Source of the DNA: a virus
Lineage: Duplodnaviria > Heunggongvirae > Uroviricota > Caudoviricetes
Virus record (IMG/VR): IMGVR_UViG_2537562172_000002
Location: 1 to 24,527 of that record
Direction: 5' to 3' (one strand)
DNA length: 24,527 nt
How positions within the stretch are numbered: position 1 is the first letter of the stretch; the number at the start of each line of letters is the position of its first letter. Position numbers and translations under genes: made by a program. Below, piece by piece: positions 9,921 through 18,566 of the stretch. Under the pieces are notes generated by a model. That model ran no database searches. It was given only the letters and a program-made list of their open reading frames with translations, and was not told the origin of the DNA.

Positions 9921-10916
9921 GTGACCGTGAGAGCACTACTGACCCCTGAAATTGCCCCGCGTATGGGGATCGTATTGTTCAGGCCAGGTTCAGAGTTGAT
10001 GCCCCTGTTTATGCAGGGGCGTGTACTGCTGGAGCCTGAGCCGGAACGTTATTCATCTTTCGCCAGTGGTGCCGTTCCGGCGGCATCACAACCGCTGGCG
10101 GATGATCCTGCCGTTCGGGCCGTGTTCCGCAATGAGGCAGTGATCCGTCGTGCTGGTGGCGTGGAATGTCTTGAAAGCTGGTTACTTCGTGAAAAAGGCT
10201 GCCAGTGGCCTCATTCCAACTGGCACAGCGAGAACATGACCACAATGCGACACGCGCCTGGCGCAATCCGTCTGTGCTGGCACTGCGATAACCAACTGCG
10301 CGATCAGTTCACGGAACGGCTGGAATCAATGGCAACGGATAACTGTGCCCGCTGGGTGTTGTCTGTTGTGCGTCGGGATCTCGGTTTTGATGATAGTCAC
10401 GTTGTGACAATGCCGGAACTGTGCTGGTGGCTGGTTCGTAATGATCTGGCGGATGCCTTACCGGAAAGCGCAGCCCGTAAGGCACTGAGATTACCGAAGC
10501 CTGTTGTGCCGTCTGTCACCCGGGAAAGTGACCTTGTGCCTTCGGTTCCAGCCACCAGCATCATGCAGGATAAAGCGAAAAAGGTGCTGGCGCTGAAAGT
10601 GGAGCCGGAGTCGCCGGAGTCTTTTATGTTACGCCCCAAACGTCGCCGCTGGGTTAATGAAAAGTACACGCGCTGGGTTAAGACACAGCCGTGTGCATGT
10701 TGTGGAAAGCCTGCTGATGATCCCCACCACCTGATAGGCCACGGTCAGGGGGGAATGAGTACAAAAGCGCATGACCTCTTTGTGTTGCCTTTGTGCAGAA
10801 AGCATCACGACGAGCTGCATGCGGATACCGTGGCATTTGAAGAGAAGTATGGCTCCCAGCTGGAGCTGATATTTCGTTTTATCGACCGTGTGTTGGCAAT
10901 TGGTGTGCTAGCCTGA
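9921..10916 (+). CDS. Phage protein with C-terminal Cys/His-rich (HNH-like / DUF968-like) motif, 331 aa
   Basis: GTG start just after the previous stop; C-terminus CACCGKPADDPHHLIGHGQGG...LCRKHHDELH. Confidence 0.65.
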   Translation: MTVRALLTPEIAPRMGIVLFRPGSELMPLFMQGRVLLEPEPERYSSFASGAVPAASQPLADDPAVRAVFRNEAVIRRAGGVECLESWLLREKGCQWPHSNWHSENMTTMRHAPGAIRLCWHCDNQLRDQFTERLESMATDNCARWVLSVVRRDLGFDDSHVVTMPELCWWLVRNDLADALPESAARKALRLPKPVVPSVTRESDLVPSVPATSIMQDKAKKVLALKVEPESPESFMLRPKRRRWVNEKYTRWVKTQPCACCGKPADDPHHLIGHGQGGMSTKAHDLFVLPLCRKHHDELHADTVAFEEKYGSQLELIFRFIDRVLAIGVLA

Positions 10917-10933
10917 TTTGGTGGAGAAAGTTG

Positions 10934-11299
10934 ATGCGTGATATTCAGATGGTTCTGGAGCGTTGGGGGGCATGGGCGGCGAGTGATAGTTCAGGCGTTG
11001 ATTATTCACCTATAGCCGCTGGGTTTAAGGGACTTCTTCCCTATACAAGCAAGAAACGCTTGGCTTGTTCGGATAGTGATGCCTTAATTATTGAAGGTTG
11101 TCTTGCTCGTCTAAAGCAAAAAAGGCCGGACGAACATTCGCTTCTTGTTGCCCATTACCTATACGGTATCTCTAAAAGAAAGCTCGCCAAGGCTCGTAAA
11201 AAAGATGAGAAATTGATACGTATAGAAATACAGCTAGCCGAAGGATTTATTGATGGCTGCCTTTCCATGCTAGATCTAACATTAGATTTGGACGTTTAA
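10934..11299 (+). CDS. Q: Late-gene antitermination protein Q (QuuD-like)
   Basis: Begins MRDIQMVLERWGAWAA, as I recall for E. coli QuuD; ggag RBS 7 nt upstream; positioned before the late/lysis region. Confidence 0.85.
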   Translation: MRDIQMVLERWGAWAASDSSGVDYSPIAAGFKGLLPYTSKKRLACSDSDALIIEGCLARLKQKRPDEHSLLVAHYLYGISKRKLAKARKKDEKLIRIEIQLAEGFIDGCLSMLDLTLDLDV

Positions 11300-11300
11300 T

Positions 11301-11326
11301 AATACGCCCCTGCATGGGGCGTATTA
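11301..11326. terminator. Perfect 10-bp hairpin between the convergent Q and KAP genes, possibly a bidirectional terminator
   Basis: aatacgcccc-tgcat-ggggcgtatt followed by T-rich sequence, with A-rich sequence upstream. Confidence 0.6.
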
Positions 11327-11327
11327 T

Positions 11328-12659
11328 TTACTGGATGAATGACATTTGATTAATATATTTTATCAATAACTCTCTGGGTGTAGTACTCCAAAAATTTATG
11401 TGTTCATAATCAGTATAAACATTTGTGAATTTTTTAAGTTCTTCATCACTTTTAGGGGCAAATCGCTCATTAAGAGTAATACTGTCTTTAATTATTCCGA
11501 AGAATACAATCGATATTTCAGGGATTTGCGATCTTCTCTCATAAGAATAAGGTATTTCTTTTATGTTAAGCAGGTCTGCTAAATAAGATATAGATTCAGC
11601 GGTAATTTCTTGTTTTAGTTTTTCCTTGTTACCAAAGCAATGTATGAAGGCAGCTACGACAAAGATCATATTTATTAAAGGATCACTGCTTTTGTTCTCA
11701 TCGTCGTTTAACAGTTGGAAAATGTTAAGATTGCGTGAAAATGTTTGTGTTTCACGTAATGATAAGTTGGTTCGTTGAATTAAATCACGGATAAAGTAAC
11801 CTGATAATCTATTGATTTTATTCAATAAGCTTGTTTTTTCTACAAGGTAATCCCAATATATAACAGAGGCTTTACATACGTTGTGACCATTTATCAAACA
11901 TGTATCTGGAAGCGTGATGGTATATTTTATAAACTTGTCAAGATACTTTTGTGAGTTAATGCTATAACCATAAATATGATTTATAGATGCTTTTAATTGT
12001 TCTGTGTTTGTAACTAAAATAAAAAAGACATTATTGATGTCAAAAATGTGTTTTATTGTTTCAATGACATTTGTTGAAAAACTCGGCTTACATCGGTCTA
12101 ATTCATCAATTATAATTACGATTTTTTGATTTTTTGATATGCTTTCGATGCAGGATTTAAGTGAATTTATGTTTTTCTCTGAGTCCATATGGTCTTCAAG
12201 CAAATTTTCAATAGTCCCATCTATTGCTGCATTGCTTGCTTTCTTCATCGCATCTTGGAATTCTTCGGCAACTTCACTAGCCTCCTGTCGTAAAAACCAA
12301 CCTGCACCAGCTTTTAGTACCGTTTTTAAACCAAAGCGAATTGCAGGAAGAGATCTCTTAATGAAGTGTTGTTTTTCTTCCTCAGGCAAAATGCTGGCAA
12401 TTGCAGAGGTTATGAGAAGTAATGGAGATTCTGCATGATCCCCTTTAAAGGCATCAATATAAACAACTTTAGATTCAGTTTCTTGCTCAATAATGAGATT
12501 TTTCAGTTTGATACTAAATTCTGTTTTCCCTGTTCCCCATGCGCCGTCTATTACCAGTGGTGAAATGTCTGCCTCTGGTTTTAGCAACTTGATGATATTT
12601 TCAGCGATGTTTCTTCGTTGGAACTCGTCACGTTCAGTGAAAGATAGTGTATCTAACAT
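11328..12659 (-). CDS. KAP-family P-loop NTPase (PifA-like), 443 aa
   Basis: Walker A GAWGTGKT (aa 39-46) and Walker B VIIIDELD (aa 181-188); visibly AT-rich compared with flanking phage genes; opposite orientation to Q and the late genes. Confidence 0.85.
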   Translation of the reverse strand: MLDTLSFTERDEFQRRNIAENIIKLLKPEADISPLVIDGAWGTGKTEFSIKLKNLIIEQETESKVVYIDAFKGDHAESPLLLITSAIASILPEEEKQHFIKRSLPAIRFGLKTVLKAGAGWFLRQEASEVAEEFQDAMKKASNAAIDGTIENLLEDHMDSEKNINSLKSCIESISKNQKIVIIIDELDRCKPSFSTNVIETIKHIFDINNVFFILVTNTEQLKASINHIYGYSINSQKYLDKFIKYTITLPDTCLINGHNVCKASVIYWDYLVEKTSLLNKINRLSGYFIRDLIQRTNLSLRETQTFSRNLNIFQLLNDDENKSSDPLINMIFVVAAFIHCFGNKEKLKQEITAESISYLADLLNIKEIPYSYERRSQIPEISIVFFGIIKDSITLNERFAPKSDEELKKFTNVYTDYEHINFWSTTPRELLIKYINQMSFIQ

Positions 12660-12781
12660 AATATAAACCTATTAACTCCTACAGTAAAAAACGAATAATA
12701 CGACTTTGGGATTAAAAATCATTAACGCGGTCCGCAAAAATTCTTGTAATCTGTTAAGAGTGTTACTTCGCCACACAGCTT

Positions 12782-12808
12782 AAACCCGCTGTCGAGCGGG
12801 TTTTTTTG
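12782..12808 (+). terminator. Plus-strand intrinsic terminator (candidate tR'-like element)
   Basis: Hairpin aaacccgct-gtcg-agcgggttt followed by a run of seven T; no plus-strand ORF immediately upstream. Confidence 0.55.
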
Positions 12809-12930
12809 TACCTGTAAACCTGGTGCAGTACGGTAAACACGCTGGTGGTAGTGAATACTGATTTTTTATCTTGCTGGCTTTTTAGACAAGAGTTATTGGT
12901 ATGTCATGTTAACCATGAAGGTAAAAAGAC

Positions 12931-13125
12931 ATGCTAAAACAGCAAGATATGACAGAAACGGCGAAAGTGGTTTTTAATGAATTAAGCATCGAACCGGCAA
13001 CAGTCGGGGAGATTGCACAAAACACATACCTTTCACGCGAACGCTGTCAGTTAATACTGACCCAGTTGGTTATGGCGGGGCTGGCAGATTACCAGTTCGG
13101 CTGTTACAGACGCCTTCAGCAATGA
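12931..13125 (+). CDS. Small hypothetical protein, 64 aa, possible winged-helix
   Basis: ATG with weak gaaggt RBS; helical-looking translation; function unknown. Confidence 0.4.
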   Translation: MLKQQDMTETAKVVFNELSIEPATVGEIAQNTYLSRERCQLILTQLVMAGLADYQFGCYRRLQQ

Positions 13126-13274
13126 AGGGCTTTTAATTTGTGAAAATGGGCGGCTGGTGGGTGTTGGTAGCACCTGCCAGCCATTCGCTCATGCTTACTG
13201 GTCACAAGCGAACCACGGCCCACTGCTTTAGCGCAAAAGCAGAGTGAGCCTACCAGAGTTACGCTTACTGATCC

Positions 13275-14327
13275 ATGAAAAATACTGTAAAAATAAACAG
13301 TGTTGATTTAATCAACGCTGATTGCCTGCATTTTATTCAGTCCCTGCCTGATGATTCCATTGACCTGATTGTTACCGATCCGCCGTACTTCAAGGTGAAA
13401 CCCAACGGCTGGGACAATCAGTGGAAAGGGGACGAAGATTACCTGAAGTGGCTGGACCACTGTCTGGCTCAGTTCTGGCGGGTGCTGAAACCTGCCGGAA
13501 GCCTTTACCTGTTCTGTGGACATCGCCTCGCATCTGATATCGAGATCATGATGCGTGAACGTTTCAACGTTCTTAACCATATTATCTGGGCGAAGCCGTC
13601 CGGACGATGGAACGGGTGTAATAAAGAAAGTCTGCGCGCATATTTTCCCGCAACAGAACGCGTTCTGTTTGCTGAACATTACCAGGGGCCATATCGCGGC
13701 AAAAGTGACGGCTATGCGGCAAAAGAAAGTCAACTCAAACAGCACATAATGGCACCGCTGATTTCGTATTTCAGGGATGCTCGTGCCGAACTGGGTATAA
13801 CGGCAAAACAGATTGCCGAAGCCACTGGTAAGAAAAACATGGTTTCCCACTGGTTTGGTGCCAGTCAGTGGCAGTTGCCGAATGAGGCTGACTACCGGAA
13901 GTTGCAGGCACTGTTTTCCCGTATAGCGGCAGAGAAGTTTCAGGAACAACAACTGGAACAACCACACCACCAGCTGGTGGCATCTTATGATTCACTGAAT
14001 CGCAAATATTCTGAATTGCTGGATGAGTTTAAAACTCTCCGGCGCTATTTCTCCGTATCAGTTTCCGTGCCTTATACCGACGTCTGGACGCATAAACCCG
14101 TTCAGTTCTACCCGGGTAAACATCCGTGTGAGAAGCCTGCGGATATGCTCCGGCAAATAATCAATGCCAGTAGTCGACCAGGCGATCTGGTTGCTGATTT
14201 TTTTATGGGATCCGGTTCCACAATAAAAGCAGCAATGGCGCTGGGGCGTCGGGCCTTAGGTGTTGAGCTTGAGTCAGAGCGGTTTAACCAGACGGTGAAA
14301 GAGATAAACGAGCTGGTGGGGAAATAA
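13275..14327 (+). CDS. DNA methyltransferase, beta-class N6-adenine/N4-cytosine type, 350 aa
   Basis: Motif IV DPPY (IVTDPPYF) near the N-terminus and motif I FFMGSGST near the C-terminus; no adjacent restriction endonuclease gene. Confidence 0.9.
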
Positions 14328-14333
14328 TCTGGT

Positions 14334-14356
14334 GGCCACGTCAGGTGGCCTTTTTA
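14334..14356 (+). terminator. Hairpin plus T-run between the methylase and the holin
   Basis: ggccac-gtcag-gtggcc followed by ttttta. Confidence 0.5.
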
Positions 14357-14394
14357 TTTCCATTACACAGCACCCGCATCTGCGAGGTGGGGTT

Positions 14395-14610
14395 ATGAAA
14401 TCAATGGATAAGTTAACAACAGGTGTCGCCTATGGCACCTCTGCAGGCAGTGCTGGCTACTGGTTTTTACAGTTGCTCGATAAAGTCACGCCATCACAGT
14501 GGGCGGCAATAGGTGTGCTGGGTAGTCTGGTATTTGGCCTGCTGACGTACCTGACAAACCTTTATTTCAAGATTAAAGAAGATAAGCGTAAGGCTGCGAG
14601 AGGTGAATAA
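14395..14610 (+). CDS. S: Class II holin of the phage-21 S21 pinholin type, with dual-start motif MKSM
   Basis: [71 protein letters not shown] closely resembles S21 as I recall it; two transmembrane segments; RBS gaggtgggg. Confidence 0.85.
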
Positions 14611-15107
14611 TGTCGCCATCATTACGCAAGGCTGTTGCTGCTGCTATTGGTGGTGGGGCTGTTGCCATAGCGTCTGTGCTCATCACTGGTCCGAGTGGTA
14701 ACGATGGTCTGGAAGGTGTCAGTTACATACCATACAAAGATATTGTTGGCGTATGGACTGTATGTTACGGACACACTGGAAAAGACATCATGCTCGGTAA
14801 AACGTATACCGAAGCAGAATGCAAAGCTCTCCTGAATAAAGACCTTGCCACGGTCGCCAGACAAATTAACCCGTACATCAAAGTCGATATACCGGAAACA
14901 ACGCGCGGCGCTCTTTACTCGTTCGTTTACAACGTTGGTGCTGGAAATTTCAGAACATCGACGCTTCTTCGCAAAATAAACCAGGGTGATATTAAAGGCG
15001 CATGTGATCAGCTACGGCGCTGGACATACGCTGGCGGTAATCAATGGAAAGGACTGATGACTCGCCGTGAGATTGAGCGTGAAGTCTGTTTGTGGGGGAA
15101 ACAATGA
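14610..15107 (+). CDS. R: SAR endolysin (T4-lysozyme-like muramidase with N-terminal signal-arrest-release segment)
   Basis: Gly/Ala-rich N-terminal segment [20 protein letters not shown] followed by lysozyme catalytic region (E...D...CYGHTG); start overlaps holin stop (TAATG). Confidence 0.9.
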   Translation: MSPSLRKAVAAAIGGGAVAIASVLITGPSGNDGLEGVSYIPYKDIVGVWTVCYGHTGKDIMLGKTYTEAECKALLNKDLATVARQINPYIKVDIPETTRGALYSFVYNVGAGNFRTSTLLRKINQGDIKGACDQLRRWTYAGGNQWKGLMTRREIEREVCLWGKQ

Positions 15108-15562
15108 GCAGAGTAACCGCGATTATCTCCGCTCTGGTTATCTGCATCATCGTCTGCCTGTCATTGGCTGTTAATCATTACCGTGATAACGCAATCGCCT
15201 ACAAAGAGCAGCGCGATAACAAGGCCAGTGAACTGGAGAAGGCGAACGCCACCATCGCTGACATGCAGAAGCGTCAACGTGATGTAGCAGAACTCGACGC
15301 CAGATACACAAAGGAGCTTGCTGATGCTAACGCGACTATCGAAAGTCTACGTGCTGATGTTTCTGTTGGGCGTAAGCGCCTGCAAGTCGCCGCCACCTGT
15401 GCAAAGTCAACGACCGGAGCCAGCGGCATGGGCAATGGAGAAAGCCCAGGACTTACAGCAGATGCTGAACTCAATTATTACCGTCTCCGAAGTGGAATCG
15501 ACAAGATAACCGCGCAGGTTAACTACTTGCAGGAGTACATCAGGACGCAGTGCTTAAAATAA
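15104..15562 (+). CDS. Rz: Rz i-spanin
   Basis: N-terminal transmembrane anchor [18 protein letters not shown] then coiled-coil periplasmic domain; ATG overlaps endolysin stop (ATGA). Confidence 0.85.
   Translation: MSRVTAIISALVICIIVCLSLAVNHYRDNAIAYKEQRDNKASELEKANATIADMQKRQRDVAELDARYTKELADANATIESLRADVSVGRKRLQVAATCAKSTTGASGMGNGESPGLTADAELNYYRLRSGIDKITAQVNYLQEYIRTQCLK
15324..15509 (+). CDS. Rz1: Rz1 o-spanin lipoprotein, embedded in the +1 frame of Rz
   Basis: aaggag RBS 7 nt upstream of ATG; signal peptide with lipobox (FLLGVSAC) followed by Pro-rich sequence [13 protein letters not shown]. Confidence 0.75.
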   Translation: MLTRLSKVYVLMFLLGVSACKSPPPVQSQRPEPAAWAMEKAQDLQQMLNSIITVSEVESTR

Positions 15563-15602
15563 TTTTAATTTCACTGAAATTTAACAAGTGACTTTCAGGA
15601 AA

Positions 15603-15631
15603 ATGCCTCGCAGATGCGGGGCATTTTTGTA
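15603..15631 (+). terminator. Rho-independent terminator after the lysis cassette
   Basis: Hairpin atgcctcgca-ga-tgcggggcat followed by ttttt. Confidence 0.6.
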
Positions 15632-15920
15632 CAGGTATTTCACCGCGCACCGCAGCGCACTCAACCACGTCGAACCAAACCCTTTGGAATGAGCCTTTGA
15701 GTAGTCAGTTAGTGCTGGTGAGCCTTGACGGGCTGATCTCCTATGCAGCAAAGGTTCATCTCAAAGTAAGGCGAACGCTATGACAAACCAAGATTCTATA
15801 GACCTATCTGATCTTCGTGGAATGGTCAGTTTTCCAGACAAAAGGTAATCACCATAGTCGTATGGCTATGAATCTTGTTGCTGCAGATAAGCATTTTGTG
15901 ATTGAAGTGGTCAAATCTCT

Positions 15921-15978
15921 CAAATGCAGTAAAATGCAGTGCGCTATAATTCAGTAACGGAGGGAGTAAGGAGAAGTC
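15921..15978 (+). promoter_or_regulatory. Candidate promoter and RBS for the 15979 gene
   Basis: Perfect -10 TATAAT at 15945-15950, preceded by the tandem motif ATGCAGT(aaa)ATGCAGT; RBS ggaggg/aaggag before the ATG; -35 is weak. Confidence 0.45.
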
Positions 15979-16599
15979 ATGAAAGATCAAGATGTTAGGT
16001 TCGCGGTGCATCATAAGCTTTTGAAAGAATCGCATTTAGATCCTGACTGCCTTGTGGTCGATGAATTTTCCATATCCCTTGGCGCCAGTAGAGCAGACAT
16101 TGCTGTAATAAATGGTGTTATACACGGGTACGAGCTCAAAAGTGAATATGACTCTTTGGAGCGTTTGCCTCTTCAAATCAAGCATTATTCTTCTGTAATG
16201 GACAAGGTTACTCTTGTCGTAGCTGAGAAACATCTTGAGGGAGCATTAAAGTTAATCCCAGGTTGGTGGGGCGTTAAAACGGTTTCTGTTGGGCCAAAAG
16301 GCGCCATTCTTATAAAGCACATGCGTGGAGAAAAGCTTAATCGAAACCATAACTCATTGATGCTCGCTCAATTGCTTTGGAAAGATGAATGTATCGACGT
16401 ACTTGAACGATGGGGCTATTCCAAAGGAATCAAAAGCAAGCCCCGATTTGAGTTATGGAATATTATTGCGGAAAATATTCCAATAGCGAATCTCAGGCTT
16501 GAAGTCAGAACAGCCTTAAAGAAACGCGTAGGCTGGAAAGTTAAGGCTTGGCAGGCTGAGTCTGCGCCAACCAATAAAGCTGTCTCACGACTAACGTAA
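15979..16599 (+). CDS. PD-(D/E)xK nuclease-fold protein, 206 aa (recalls the sce7726-type family; not verified)
   Basis: Candidate catalytic residues E29, D40 and E52-x-K54 (VVDEF ... RADIAVINGVIHGYELK); own promoter-like signals; 3' end overlaps the convergent partner gene. Confidence 0.75.
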   Translation: MKDQDVRFAVHHKLLKESHLDPDCLVVDEFSISLGASRADIAVINGVIHGYELKSEYDSLERLPLQIKHYSSVMDKVTLVVAEKHLEGALKLIPGWWGVKTVSVGPKGAILIKHMRGEKLNRNHNSLMLAQLLWKDECIDVLERWGYSKGIKSKPRFELWNIIAENIPIANLRLEVRTALKKRVGWKVKAWQAESAPTNKAVSRLT

Positions 16600-17608
16600 T
16601 ATGGTGCGTATGTGCAACTTTACGCCATTCTTTAGAGCCGCCAGATTTGTTAGCGCCTAATGATCTTTGGTAAATGTAATCATCCCCCCAACTAAATTTG
16701 GAGCCAAAGACGTGATACTCTGGCGAACTAACAAGGGTAGTACATAAGTTTTTAGTTTGGCCCCATCCATTTCCTTTAACTGCGGTACCTTTTACAAAGA
16801 TCCATGAGGTATCGTTCGAATATCTCACTGAGACATACTGAGACATGAAGCGTGGGTCTACGCTCGTAATGGTAGAGCTAGCGGTGGGATAATCACTAAA
16901 ACTTGGCGTTCTTCCATTGCTAAAATTCTGTACTACATACATCCAAAGATCGTATTCATGGCGCGGAATATGATGAACTTGATGTTGCGGTATCCCTGCC
17001 TGTGATGCAGGGTATGCGGTTGAAGATAAAATCAAGTTTCTCCACGGAGCTTGGCCTGATAATGTGTTGACCATGCTTAATGCTTGTTGTTTTAAACTAT
17101 CAGTTGCGTTTTGAATATCTCCAAAATCAATGATTACATCAATTAAACTAGGATGAATATTTAAGTGGTTAACCAGACTTGTGAATTGGTGCCATGTCTG
17201 GGGGGTGATAGATATAGCGAGCCCATTGATTAAGTTGCGTTGAACAGCATGTATATAGTTTGTTGAATATGCGGGAGAGACAACAGGGATAATTTCCTTA
17301 CCATTTACTCTAGCATCTTGGATACACATATCTAGAGGATGATGGCGGCTCGAACCATGTTTATCTAAATATTTAACATCCAGCAAAACAGGACGATTGG
17401 CTTTCCAGGATGCCGCAAGGTTAATACCGAAGTCAGATAAGTAAGAACTCAAACTCTTCTTGTAGCATTCGTTTTCATAATCCCAGTCTATGTCTGGAAT
17501 GGTAATGATCGGAGTAAAACCAGAGAGCGTAGTTTGATCTAAAAGCATCAGAGATTCATATTCAGCAGGCTTCCATTTCAGCTGTGGGTAATATTGATGT
17601 TGACTCAT
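16541..17608 (-). CDS. Uncharacterised 355-aa protein, partner of the nuclease-like gene (recalls the sce7725 / beta-protein family; not verified)
   Basis: aaggag RBS 5 nt upstream of the ATG; -10-like TATACT and a palindrome upstream; no motif I can assign by eye. Confidence 0.75.
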   Translation of the reverse strand: MSQHQYYPQLKWKPAEYESLMLLDQTTLSGFTPIITIPDIDWDYENECYKKSLSSYLSDFGINLAASWKANRPVLLDVKYLDKHGSSRHHPLDMCIQDARVNGKEIIPVVSPAYSTNYIHAVQRNLINGLAISITPQTWHQFTSLVNHLNIHPSLIDVIIDFGDIQNATDSLKQQALSMVNTLSGQAPWRNLILSSTAYPASQAGIPQHQVHHIPRHEYDLWMYVVQNFSNGRTPSFSDYPTASSTITSVDPRFMSQYVSVRYSNDTSWIFVKGTAVKGNGWGQTKNLCTTLVSSPEYHVFGSKFSWGDDYIYQRSLGANKSGGSKEWRKVAHTHHITLVVRQLYWLAQTQPAKP

Positions 17609-17651
17609 TAAAACTCCTTAAAATCTTTACTTATCCTAAGTATAGTGTTAT

Positions 17652-17664
17652 GGCGTAACGCCAA
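17652..17664. promoter_or_regulatory. Palindrome TGGCGTaACGCCA in the promoter region of the 355-aa gene
   Basis: 6-bp inverted arms around a central A, lying between candidate -35 and -10 elements of the minus-strand gene. Confidence 0.45.
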
Positions 17665-17799
17665 TTGTTTTTATACACTTGAAAACATTGGGAAAAGTTG
17701 AGCTATATCTAAATTTACAAAATTGGATGTTATAGAAATCGAGGTTTCAACTAGGCATGGAACTGCAAAATTTTTAATGCCTGCACGCGAAAGTCGTTG

Positions 17800-18020
17800 G
17801 CGGGTCCTTTCCGGCGATCCGACAGGTTACGGGGCGGCGACCTCGCGGGTTTTCGCTATTTATGAAAATTTTCCGGTTTAAGGCGTTTCCGTTCTTCTTC
17901 GTCGTAACTTAATGTTTTTATTTAAAATACCCCCTGAAAAGAAAGGAAACGACAGGTGCTGAAAACGAGCTTTTGGGCCTTTGTCGTTTCCTTTCTCTGT
18001 TTTTGGCCGTGGAATGAACA
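17800..18020 (+). other. Lambda-type cos site (cosQ/cosN/cosB); 12-nt cohesive-end sequence GGGCGGCGACCT at 17832-17843
   Basis: ...GATCCGACAGGTTACG immediately followed by GGGCGGCGACCTCGCGGGTTTTCGCTATTTATGAAAATTTTCCGG..., matching the joined right and left ends of phage lambda as I recall them. Confidence 0.85.
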
Positions 18021-18566
18021 ATGGAAGTCAACAAAAAGCAGCTGGCTGACATTTTCGGTGCGAGTATCCGTACCATTCAGAACTGGCAGGAACAGGGAAT
18101 GCCCGTTCTGCGAGGCGGTGGCAAGGGTAATGAGGTGCTTTATGACTCTGCCGCCGTCATAAAATGGTATGCCGAAAGGGATGCTGAAATTGAGAACGAA
18201 AAGCTGCGCCGGGAGGTTGAAGAACTGCGGCAGGCCAGCGAGGCAGATCTCCAGCCAGGGACTATTGAGTACGAACGCCATCGACTTACGCGTGCGCAGG
18301 CCGACGCACAGGAACTGAAGAATGCCAGAGACTCCGCTGAAGTGGTGGAAACCGCATTCTGTACTTTCGTGTTGTCGCGGATCGCAGGTGAAATTGCCAG
18401 TATTCTCGACGGGATCCCCCTGTCGGTGCAGCGGCGTTTTCCGGAACTGGAAAACCGACATGTTGATTTCCTGAAACGGGATATCATCAAAGCCATGAAC
18501 AAAGCAGCCGCGCTGGATGAACTGATACCGGGGTTGCTGAGTGAATATATCGAACAGTCAGGTTAA
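18021..18566 (+). CDS. nu1: Terminase small subunit Nu1, 181 aa
   Basis: MEVNKKQLADIFGASIRTIQNWQEQGMPVLRGGGKGNEVLYDSAAVIKWYAERDAEIENEKLRR... is near-identical to lambda Nu1 over its whole length. Confidence 0.95.
   Translation: MEVNKKQLADIFGASIRTIQNWQEQGMPVLRGGGKGNEVLYDSAAVIKWYAERDAEIENEKLRREVEELRQASEADLQPGTIEYERHRLTRAQADAQELKNARDSAEVVETAFCTFVLSRIAGEIASILDGIPLSVQRRFPELENRHVDFLKRDIIKAMNKAAALDELIPGLLSEYIEQSG

Noticed and set aside
13126-13274. Possible tRNA between the small ORF and the methylase, since lambdoid phages often carry tRNAs in this slot
   Set aside because: No T-arm GTTCGA-type motif or cloverleaf could be folded by eye; only an imperfect hairpin is present.
13308-13970. Minus-strand 220-aa ORF inside the methyltransferase
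   Set aside because: Antisense to a gene with clear methyltransferase motifs; no RBS.
15826-16035. Minus-strand 69-aa ORF overlapping the promoter and start of the nuclease-like gene
   Set aside because: Overlaps strong expression signals of the plus-strand gene; no RBS; unconvincing translation.
17922-18502. Minus-strand ORFs of 120-179 aa across cos and nu1
   Set aside because: Antisense to nu1, which is near-identical to lambda; they span the non-coding cos site.
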